Positions 37,901-49,900 of a stretch of 64,000 bases of DNA are shown here, piece by piece. Location of the stretch: NCBI GenBank assembly GCA_037379345.1, contig CM074515.1, forward strand, positions 2,232,001 to 2,296,000, given 5' to 3'. A program made the position numbers and the translations under genes. The notes below the pieces were generated by a model that searched no databases, was not told where the DNA came from, and saw nothing but the letters and a program-made list of their open reading frames with translations. Each line of letters begins with the position of its first letter. The first letter of the stretch is position 1. The stretch is from Perna viridis. Its lineage: Eukaryota.

Positions 37901-40900
37901 AGCTATGAAGCTATGACAGTAGACACGGTACCGATCTGCAGTTTAATGTGGTGTAGTAATATAAAAATTATGCAAATTACATTAATAGCCATTTCAATAG
38001 TACAGTTTCAGCACAAAATAGAAATGTGTTAGTTTAAAGCTGCATTAGCTGTCATTTTCGTAAATTTTTGTTTCTGTTGAAGTATACCTTAACTTTGAAT
38101 TATTTCTACCAAATTGTACTTTTCCTGTATAATTTCATTCGATATCCACAAATAAAATGTGCCAAATACATGAAATATGTGTCTATATATTTATTGTCTT
38201 GCAAGACAAAAAATCGGCCTAGATAAATCCTTATGCATGTGACTTCTGGTGACCTTAATCCACGCATTTGTGGAAAGGATGACTTTTTAAAAAAAACAAA
38301 TCTGATTGCAAAGCGCAAGTGGTAATCAATGGCAAGGAAGACCGTTGGATTCAAGCCATAAAAGACAAAAGTTCGAATATAATGCACAGATCCTTTTAAA
38401 ATTTTTGTATTGTGATATAATGTGGCACAAATATGGTCAGTAACTGTCATTATTTATTTGAAAACTAATCAAGAAATAGATGAAAAGAATTGTTAACAAG
38501 ACACGTGCTTACCTGTGTATCTGTTTTTTGTTATTTTTTTTTACCAAGGTTAAAGTATTTTTAACCAAGGTGAATGTCCTGTCGGCAATCTTCGGAAGTA
38601 ATGGCGAAAAATAATTAGATCTGAGCTATCGAACTTCTTTGATTAAAAACACGTTGTTTTAACAATATTCTGAAGGTATCATCGACATTTATTACTTCAA
38701 TAGACCCTTTTATGGTAAGTTGGTGAGCGGGTGCAGGACGTTTCGTAACCTGGTCGTTTCGTACCTCAGTTGAGACGTTTCGTACCTGGATAAATTTCAA
38801 AGTGGGATGTTTCGTGCCTAGGTTATATCACACAGAGACGTTTAGTACCTATTGTGTAACATACAGAATTGTTATTTTTAGAGGGTCCTTATAGATTACT
38901 ACGTTAATGTACGCTCCTTCACAGTTATTTTCTGTTGAATTATCTCTTACCTTTAAGATTCATTTAAATGATTTGAAAAATATGACCATAGCCAGTGCAG
39001 TTTGAAAACTTTTAAAGGTCAGCTGATATATTAATGGTTCAATATATCTAATAAACATGACCATGTCTTCACAATCTTGCCTTATGTCGGGAAGAGTTTG
39101 CCCAAGTACGAAACATCTCACTATGAAATTTAACCCAGGTACGAAACATTCCACTTTGAAATTTACCCAGGTAAGAAACGTCTCAATTGAGGTACGAATC
39201 GACCTGGTACGAAACGACCAGGTTACGAAACGTCTAGCATTCTGGTGAGCATGCTCAATATACACTTCCGCGAGGTAGAGCTTGGGTAGAACAAAAGAAT
39301 TTTCCTCGCGGAAGTGTATATTGAGCATGCTCTACGCATGCTCATCGACTACCCCAACACTAGCACAAAAGGGCCTATTGCATTACTACAAAATTATTTC
39401 ATTTTATCAGCAAAATTCAGTAGAATCAAAAGTGAACAGATTTGACAGCTAATGCAGCTTTAACGTTGGTAAATTATTGGTAGTGTAATATTGCCGACAA
39501 CATCGACATACCCTCACCTGTGTCGACGTTTCAGGCAATATCAATGCCCCCGGGGCAGTCAATTTATCATGATATTGCCCTATGTATAAGCAACTATTGT
39601 ATAATAATGTCATATTGATGAAATTTATGCACCGCAGACTTTCTTTGAAAAGTTCTAGTTGGTGAGTTCCTTTATCCTAATGTTCACCTTGATAGAGCAA
39701 TCACTCATGATTTCTGAAAGAAAACTATTAATCTACCCAGAAAGCCTTGCATTTACCAATTTGAGGAAAAGCTGAAGGCATTAATTACAACGCGTTCAGA
39801 AATTTCTATTCCATCTTTATGTCGTGATCCTGCAATAATTGATAATGTTTAATTGGAAAGTTGAATCAATTCTGTTATAAAGCAGCCTACACATATTCTT
39901 CGCTATACCGACGGTTAATCTATAATAAAGTGAGTGATTACCGACTTCCTGTTATTTTCTTTTTGTCCAGACTCGCTGGGGTTTGACTCCAGGGGTTTAA
40001 CTCAAACACAGTCCCTACCAATCAGATGTCAGAACTAACCACTTTGCGTTTTCCTCGCGAAGAAGACCAGAACAGTTCTTGCTGATTCTCCAGTTTAGTG
40101 CGTTGGTGTATTTCGTTTTCAAATAACTTCAATTTTCGACACCTATTAGAAACATGTGACAGCAAATAGAATAGTTAACTCCATGAAATAGAGTTGGTCT
40201 TCCATTTTTTAATAGGTAATAACAGTGCGCTGACGACATAAAACTGACCTACGGATGAGGCTAAGAACCGCGGGAAAATGCGAAACTGTGTCGAGCATTT
40301 TCTGTGGTTGATAATATATCACTCCTTTCTATCACATTGCAAATTCCTGTATGATGTACACATGTTCCAATGAGTAAGCTCTCATCAGCAGCAAACAAAC
40401 TGCATTACAATGAAAACTAATTTTAAAAGATTTAAAATAAAAGAACATATCTATAGAGTTACAGAGATGCGGTGTTCTTGTGCGACACTGATTTTACATT
40501 CGTAATACTAGATCGAAAATCCTATTAATCTTTCAATAAATATGATTCATTATCAAAAGTAAGTAGATTTTCTTTGCGCGGATCAGTACTGCTTCTTGTA
40601 AACAGTGAAACATCCTAAAGTAATTAAGTGCAAATAATGGAATAGTACTTGCGATTTTCTGTATAATTTTTACATTCGGAAAAAAAAGGAAGACATTTTC
40701 AAGGGGCGAACACCGCAGCTGTGTCAAACAAACCTTTAATTCCCGATCAATGTAGAACTAAGCAGATTCTGTTTTCTTATTACAATAATCAAGTTCTTCG
40801 GTTAATTAAAAAAGTTTTTGTTAAATATTGTGATCTTATTGTTGTAGGCTTATGATGCAGTTAGCGGGAAGGATGGAACATTACTTTGGACTTTCGGGAA

Positions 40901-43900
40901 ACAAGAAGCTAAAAACGACATCATGAATCTTTATACCTCTTACGTCATCAAAGACTTAGACGGAGATAATATTAAAGATATTTTAGCAATCCATGGTGGT
41001 GACCCTTTACAAGACCCTGGCAGTAAATACAGGTTGTCTGGTAGAATAATATTCTTTAGCGGTAAAACAGGAGAAGTTTTACGTTGGGTTGGAGTACCAG
41101 ACGACAAAGAGTCGTATTATTCACCACAAATATACCAGTTAATAGATGGCCTAGAGATTGTTTTGTTTGGAACGGGAGGGGAGACACACGGAGGATCACT
41201 ATGGTATATTTCATTGGACGATTTGTATAAAGGCAAAATTGAAAAGGCAAGTCCTGATATTTATGGAAAGAAATTAAAATAAGTAAGCGAAAAAGGTTGG
41301 CATATCACAAAGAGCACGACAAAGAGCACCACCAGATATACCCCGTGCAGGTCCGGGTGTCAAAAGAATAGGCCTGCAGCATCGCTAAGCTTGTAAAAGG
41401 CGACTAAATAGTGTTCAGAAACCTAGCCGGGGGCTAGGTGCTCTGCCCACAGAGCAACTGGGATGTATGCCCCAGGTGGTGGAATGGAGTACCCCTGGCG
41501 TGTTCCATGCTGGGGTTGTCAGGCTGTAATACAGAAAATCTGACCGCAAACCATAGTGGTGCACCGTGTTGGGAAAGATGCCACATTCCTCGCACGTTAA
41601 AGAACCCTTCTGTGGTATTCGATAGGAGTAGGAACCTTTGCGCTCCGCCACAGGAGGCTAAATTGCCCAAACCTACCCATCCTTCCCTTTTATCTTGTGG
41701 CAATCAAAGTTTGTCGACCCTATTGCCCTTGTGTCCTGTCCCATTTTTTCATTCACCATCATCATTTCATGTTCATTTTATCATCCATTTCATGTTCATC
41801 ATCTGAATATAGCTGAGACATTGCTGCTCGGACGTTAAACCCCAACAATCAATCAATCAATCAATCAATCAACCACCAGATGTAATTTTTTTTTTAATAA
41901 TACGTTCAAATGTCGTGATTAAGCTCTCATTCACACATGATTTAAAACTGTTCAGTTGGCTGATAGAATGTAATGTGGGAGGAGTAATAGTAATGGGTAT
42001 TTAGCATGAAGTCAATCTAATCAACTGCTTCACAATGAAGACCCTAGTCAAACACTCATTGGCTCAAAAACACTAGAATATCCAATATCACCAAGACCTC
42101 TAACCCGTCGCTTGTGTTTTGATATTCTATGAAGGTGATTCAGAACTAAGGGTTGCATAGAAATGAATACGTAGATGTTTTTTTACAACCCACGTAATTA
42201 AAGTTAAAGTATCTTAAAACACTACTTTGAAAATGTATTTATCCGTTTCCAAGAAAAGGTCATTGCTATGGTAACACCCGAAAAAAATATAAAAAAAAAA
42301 CCGATTTTTTTTACCATTTACTAGAGAAATTAATGAATTAAATATTCATTTAGTTCTTCCAAGTGTGCCATAAACAGAGACATTTGATAGAAAATTCAAT
42401 GAATACTCTGAAAGTACTTGTGTTCGTGGGGTACCAATTTTCGTGGTTTTCGTGGGTATGTCAAACCACAGAATTTGGTTCCCAACAAATTCCTATTGAT
42501 GTGTATACTGAAAACTTCAAAACCACGGATTCACGATTCCACGAACTTGTGTTTCTTTCTTGAAACACGAAAATTGGCATCCACGAATTAAAGTACTTTC
42601 ACAGTAGGCTAAATGATAAGATTTATGAAAGTTAGATGTGTTTTTATGATTTGTTATCTGTTTCTTTGCTACAATTGCAATGACTAAATACAAGTTATGT
42701 CATAATACATGTACAACTAATAGTTGGAACCTAGTTAAATTCCTGCTCTGAAATATGCTGGTTTTACTGATTTTTAATAAAAAAAAAGTAAACCTCAAAC
42801 AGCTCATCAGCCAAATATAAGGGTGTGCATTTCCATAGCAACCGTTTAAAATGTTTTGCTATGATTCCATTTTATTGTTTTATTTTTGCCTTATAAGTGC
42901 ATCCTTTAAGCTAATTTTGAACATACATGTATTTGATGACCCTTGTTCATAGCTGAGCCCTGCTTCAGTCTCTAGGGTGACACTTTTTGTTATATGACTT
43001 GTTATTATGTGTCATACATATAGTAATTTCAGAATACTAGTTCAACGTGGCATTTTGCAGGCCCAAAGAATATACACAGATGAACACAAAGGAGTGATGA
43101 CTCCACCAGTTCTAATCGACCTGACAGATGATGGTGTTGAGGATATAGTCATGGCCATGTTTAACTCTTCAGTTCTGGCAATAGACGGACGATCCATGAA
43201 AGTTATCTGGAATTATTCTATACCAATGTCAGAATCATACAAGTAAGATTATTTAGTTATCATATTTTCTAGTTTCTTCGATGAATTGATATTTCATGGA
43301 CTAACCAACTATTTGATTGATTGGTGTTTATCGTGCTTGTACTAACGGGTTGAACTTTTTAAATGAAGGGTGATAATAAAGTTACCAATCTATTAAAATC
43401 AGGGAAATGGTCAAAAGAATAATCAAAAAGAAAGTTCGTATAATAAATGGTAATATCAGAAACCGAAAAGTTGAAAACCACAGCAATGACAGTTTAATGC
43501 TTCAAGTGATTTTAGCTTCGTTGTTGATGTTTACTTTTTGATATTTCAGAAACAAACTCGAGTTTATAGGTTACTAATGTTTCACTCATTCATTAAAATA
43601 AGGTGAACTGTTGACATAGCGTCGACTCCATATGGAATAGAACCATATGTATTATTGATTTGCTGAAATCCAATATTCCTATTGTCACTTAACGATACTG
43701 CATCCCACGCAGTCGCTTGTTTCTAAATGTTCTTCATAATGATTGTTGCCATTAAGAGTTTTTATACCATGTTGCGACCGGCCAATGCGTCGATCGTTAC
43801 TGAGTTCACATTGAGTTCTTAGCATTACCTAAAACAAATCTCGCTGAAGTCAGCACAGAATCGACAAAGAACAGATGATATGACACAACTCTGATTTGTT

Positions 43901-46900
43901 AAGCACGACATTGTCCAATATCATTAATGAACTTTGACCTGGGTCAGGCGAAAAAGTAGTACTGAGACACATACTTTATTCCAATTAAACGATACTGGGT
44001 TCTAGGGCAAGATACTAGGATCTAGTGCAAGAGTATTAGTGTCCAATTAGTGTCACAGTGAAGTGTATCTGAAACCTTAAAAAATCTTTAAAATGCTTGA
44101 CAAAAAAGTTGATAAAATAAAATGTATATTTGACAGAGAATTTTTTTACAGTGCTCCAAGTGCTGGTTCCAAAAATGATTTTGAATGACATTTACAATTT
44201 TACTTCTAGAAAGATACTTTTAGTATGGCACTTAATTAAATCTTACTTACTTAGTACTTGATGTTAATTCTTCAAATCCAGTCGACTGTAATTGTGGTGA
44301 CCGATTATTTGTAATGCTGGTTATTTAGATGGTATTGTCATGTCTTTCATGGTTTATCCTTATAAAACTAGTCTAACCCAGTCCAGTCAGATATTGGTCT
44401 TTAATATGTCTTTGTGTGTCATTATTTTAACTTTTCAGTTTATTTTGAGTAGGCGTCACCGCTCTGCTACTGTGGATTTTATTACTATTGTTGTCGGGCC
44501 TCTCAGAGCTTACTTAAAGGTGTATTTACACTTGCTCATGACCTTTTGGCATTTTTATGAAAGTTAAACGATGGTGCATTTGTTGCGTCTCACCATTATC
44601 AGTTCCTTATCTTTTGATTTCCCATAATTTAACTGTAGTGTCCTTAGTTTGTTTCTTTGAGTTGTTCTTATATCTAGGTGAACGGCATGGCTCTAGGTAA
44701 AACCAAAATATCAGTAAAACAAGTTCTATCTTTAAAAAAAATATAGCCGACGCAGTAATTTTTTTCTTTCTTTTACTTATAATTTTCTACATTTCAATCA
44801 GGAAATATAACACCTGGCACGCAATTTTCGATACAGTTTTTTCGAACGCCACTAAATCATCAGTTTTTTGCCAATCAGGAAACAGAATTGCGATCAAGTG
44901 ACTTGCGTTGTCAAAGAAGAGCGTCTTTAGGGTCAAAGAGTGAAAAGCGAATCTATACCGACTGTGTCGGAAAAAAACATGTAGGCGTCATGAGTCTTTT
45001 GTCACATGTTGTTTTACTGATAACAATATGAGTTTTTCTTTGTATTTTTCAGTACACCTGCTCCTGGATTTTATAACAATGACAATATCCCTGATTTTAT
45101 GATCAAATACGCCAACGGTCCTGGATTTCCTCTGTATTATCATTCAGATGTAGGTATATCTTAACCGTACCCATTGTTTAATTACATTGTTGTTTCAGTG
45201 CACTACTTGGTGACGATAAGTTACATAAATTGAGCGACCCGTGCAGGTTCGGGTGTCAAAAGAATAGGCCTGCAGCAGCGCTAAGCTTGTCGTAAAAGGC
45301 GACTAAATAGTGCTCAGAACCCTAGCCGGGGGCTAGGGCGCTCTGCCCACAGAGCAACTGGATTGTGTGCCCCAGGTGGTGGAATGGGGTACCCCTGGCA
45401 TGTTACATGCTAGGGTTGTCAGGCTATAATACGGAAAACCTGACCTCAAACCATAGTGGTGCACCGTGTTGGGAAAGATGCCACGTTCCTCGCGCCTTAA
45501 AAACCCTCATGTGGTATTCTCCCGGAATAGGAACCATAGGGCTCCGCCACAGGAGGCTAAATTGCCCGACCCTACCCACCTCTCCCTATTTCCAGTGGCA
45601 ATCAAAATTTCTCGACCTCATTATCCTTGTGTCCCATCCCATTTTTCATTTCATCATTATTTCATGTTCATTTTATCATCCACTTCATGTTCATCGTCTG
45701 GATATAGCTGAAATATTGCTGCTCGGACGTTAAACCCCAACAAACAAATAAACAAACATATATAAATTGCCACTAAAGACCTCAAAAATAACCAAAATTA
45801 TTTGGACAATCAAGTCGATTCTGATAATGGAGATAAAATGTCAAGGATATCATTAATAAGAAATGACGATTAGTTGTCCAAAAACATACAATTTAAGGCG
45901 TCTTATTGATTGGAAAACATTGCTGAGTTTTATCGGAATAAAATAGACATAACTCCTATGTGATTTTTATTTGTCTTAATTTGTCTTATTTACTACTACA
46001 TGTAGGTGCAAAGTGGAGAAATGTCAATGATTCAAAGATCCTTAAAGAGCTCTACATTTTGTATTGTGATGAATATGGCTTCCTACTTACATAGTTTTCG
46101 TTTTTAGTACTTTTTGTATACAATTTATTTCATATGTATTTGATGTTAATGCTGCTGATGCTATTTGCTATACTGTTCTATGATTGTTGTTTTTGTATTT
46201 GACAAAATTTAGACATTTGGACAAAATTTAGTTAGAAATTAAGATTATGTTACCTTTTTATTTGCATGTATAACACGTTAAATGATATTTCAGACAACGA
46301 TATTGGACGGCAAAACAGGCTTACCACTGATAAAACCAGCTATCCGTGACACTGTAGGGGCTCAGGCTTCCCCCTTAACAATCAGTGTGGAGGGATATGG
46401 CAATGATGTCTTCCTTTACTGGATATCGGATTGTAAAAACTACGAAGGAAAGGGTGGAAAGTTCGAATTTGTTAAAGGTAAATTTTAAACATGATGTAAT
46501 CCTTTCGTTGGGGTAATATACAAAGCAGGATAGGTTAATTGTTTTCTTCCTTAAATGAATGAAATATCTGCCACAGGAGGTCAAACGATAATCAAACAAT
46601 CAATCCATTTTCACCCAACTCCTTTCCCCTCCTCTCTCACATCCCACCTACTTGTCCCAACTTCCTTCAACTTGTTTCCTACCTGCACTCCTTGTCTCCT
46701 ATTGCTTTTTATAGCTGTTCATCCCCTACATATTTGGTCGGTAACTAAGCCATGATGTTTCCATGGATATAGAACATGTTTTAAGTAGGTCAATGAGTGC
46801 CAAGGTTACATCAGTTTTCAAAGACCCCGATGTAGCAAAAACATTGTCTACTATACATGACAAGTATGTTGTACCAGCAGACAAAGCCCAAAACAACATT

Positions 46901-49900
46901 GTTTTTGTCTGCAAAACGTTTTATATCCAATGTTTATTATCAGAGGTAGACGTAGAAAATAATAGCAGTGATATGACCTACACTGCTACCACTCTCTCCA
47001 AAGAAGAGATTGTGGAAAGTCATAAATCTGTGCTATCGTCTTTTGGTCTCTCTACCAAGGACGATGATTGTGATTAACCGTCTATGTACTGGATTCCTAA
47101 ACTTCACAAAAATCCATACAAACAACGTTTCATAGCTGGATCTGCAAAATGTACCACCAAACCTCTTTCAAAACTTTTAACTTCTATACTCACAACTGTC
47201 AAAGAGGGTCTACAGTCCTACCACAACACTTGTTACTCCCGTAGTGGTATTAATTCAATGTGGATCCTGAAAAATTCGAAAGATCTTTTGGAGACAATCA
47301 GTTCAAGACTATTATCTGAATATAATAGCATTAAAACCTATGATTTTTTAACACTGTATACTTCTATTCCCCATACTCAGTTAAAAGCATGACTTAAAAA
47401 CATTATACATCGTTGTTTTTCCAAAAAAGATGGTACACCTAATACAAATATATAGTTCTTGGTAGAGATTCCTCATACTTTGTAAGAAATAATTCCAAAT
47501 CATCTTCCAAATATACAGAGGAAGGTGTTTACAAAATGCTGGAATTTTTAATCGACAACATATTTGTCCAGTGTGGTGGACGTGTTTTTCAACAAACGGT
47601 CGGCATTCCAATGGGAACAAATTGTGCTCCTTTACTGGCTGACCTATTCCTTCACTCTTATGAGGCTGATTTTATAGCTGATCTGAACAGAAAGCCAGAA
47701 TATCATTTGGCTAGATCCTTCAATCTCAGTTTCCGCTATATCTTTAAACAATCCTAATTTCGGGGATTTGGTACATCGCATCTACCCAAAAGAACTTGAA
47801 ATAAAGGATACTACAGACACTGTGAAGTCAGCCTCATATCTTGACATACACTTAGAAATCGATGGTAAAGGAAAACTATTGACCAAACTTTACGACAAAC
47901 GTGATGGCTTTTCATTCAGAATTGTTAACTTTCCTTTCATCTGTGGCAACATCCCTTCGGCTCCTGCTTATGGAGTGTTCATATCACACCTCATACGTTA
48001 TGCCAGAGCTTGCCAAAACTACGCAGACTTTTTGTATCGCGCTTGAACTCTAATAGGCTTCTGGAACAGGGTTATGTTGCTACAAGATTGAAGTCATCAC
48101 TACAGAAGTTTTATGGTCGTCATCATGAACTCGTGGATCGTTATGGTGTATCCATCAGCACCATGAAAACTGATGTATTCAACGGGTCATAGTTTTCCTT
48201 TCCTCGTTTGTCTACTCCGGACTTTACTTTTTATGAGCAACTCGGCGGGTGTTTCTAGAAAAGCAGAGGACGCTTACCCTACCGGTGCACCTGGTCCATG
48301 CTCCCAGTTTTTAGTGGAGTCCGAGCTGCTCATTTACTTTTGTTACTTTGTATGTATGATTTTAGTTACTTTATGTTCTTTGTTGTGTATGTCTGTTTTC
48401 CATGTCTTGTCTTTGTCCCTGGATTACATTCTTTTGATTATCGCTATAACCTTGGTTCCCTTGATTACTCTTTTAAAAGTAGTTTAATATACTTTAGTAG
48501 TCGTTTTTAACTTTGAAGTCTTATGTGCTAATTGTACAATTAATCTGCATCACAAACCTTGAAAAGCTGACGAATACAAATTATAAATGTTATAGGTTGT
48601 ACTATATATTTATTTATTGAAATGAGCATCAAAAGAATAAAAGCGAATATATTTTAAAACTAGGAAAGATAATAAAATATCATTTTATACTCGTTTGTAG
48701 TTAAGAAAAAATTAATTGAAAACTAAACAAGATAAAATGCAATTTTGCACACAGCATTTAAGTTTGATACTGCTCTGAATTTTGATTGGATTAAATATTT
48801 GACACAGGAAAAGAATTTGATCAGAAGCCTAGTGGCTTAAAAAATCTCAACCCCGAACATCAGTCCCAACCCACAATTAATACAATTTCGGAGACAATCA
48901 AGTTATTATCTGTACTAGGAAAATGCTTGTTTCTGACCCCTTTGGCCTCCGATTCCTTATCATTTCAAGTCACAACTGCCAAAATTAATCTCAGTAACCC
49001 TGATTCAGCTCCCAATTCCTTAACGGTTCGAGTCACAGTCCTCAAAATAAAACCCAGCTTGCCTTTTATGGTATGACACTACACTTTTTTGCCCCTTATT
49101 CAGGTCACAACTCCAGAACCAATCCGAAGCTTCCTTTTGTTTCCTAATTCCTAAACGGTTCAAGTCACAACCCCAGAACCAATGCTAAGCTTCCTTTTGT
49201 CCCCTAATTCCTAAACGGTTCGAGTCACAACTCCCAATTTTTTTTTATGGTATGGCACCTTGTAGTATGATTTCAAAAAGATCTATAATAAACTTATACT
49301 CAAGTTATAAGTTGTCGGAACTTGACTTGAAGTGTCTACGGACGACGACGACGACAACATCATGATGAAATTTTTGCAGTTGCATAAAAACCCCTCAAAA
49401 GTCAAGCCATAAAACAATCTATAGAATAGATAGTTCAACAAAACTAACCAGAAAAATAAAACCAGATTAATATATCGTTACTAGAATTTAACTTTATTTA
49501 GTGACAAGGATAATGCAACTAAAAATTGTACACTGCTAAACAGTAACGATATCCTTCTGCCTTTCTGTCTGTCCGTAGTATCTGCCGCGAACGTGGTTGA
49601 TTGATGGCTTCCATATTTGGTAGTGATGAGTGTACACGAGTAATCAAGGGAACAAAGATTCTAGCGGAAATCAAAAGAATGTAATCCAGGGACAAAGACC
49701 AGACATAAAAAACAGACAAACACAGCAAAGAATATAAAGTAATTAAATAATACATACAAAGTAACAAAAGTAAATGAGCAACTCGGACTCCACTAAAAAC
49801 TGGGAGTATGGACCAGGTGCACCGGTAAAGAGTAATATCATTTTGTTTTTGGGACTTAAGTCTTGGCGGGGAATATGATACTGGACTTGCGTAACAATCT

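Noticed and set aside
40245-40300. Possible hammerhead ribozyme (cggatgag...cgaaac...gtc)
   Set aside because: The core is not CTGANGA and stem II does not form. cgcgggaaaatgcgaa is better explained as an inverted repeat of ttgcgttttcctcgcg at about 40044.
41415-41806. ORFs of 78-122 aa here and at 45365-45733 and 36074-36340
   Set aside because: They lie within SINE copies, and the frames are not conserved between copies.
47390-47392. In-frame TGA in the Penelope-like RT as selenocysteine
   Set aside because: The copy also has a TAA stop, frameshifts and a catalytic-site deletion. The TGA is more simply decay of an Arg codon.
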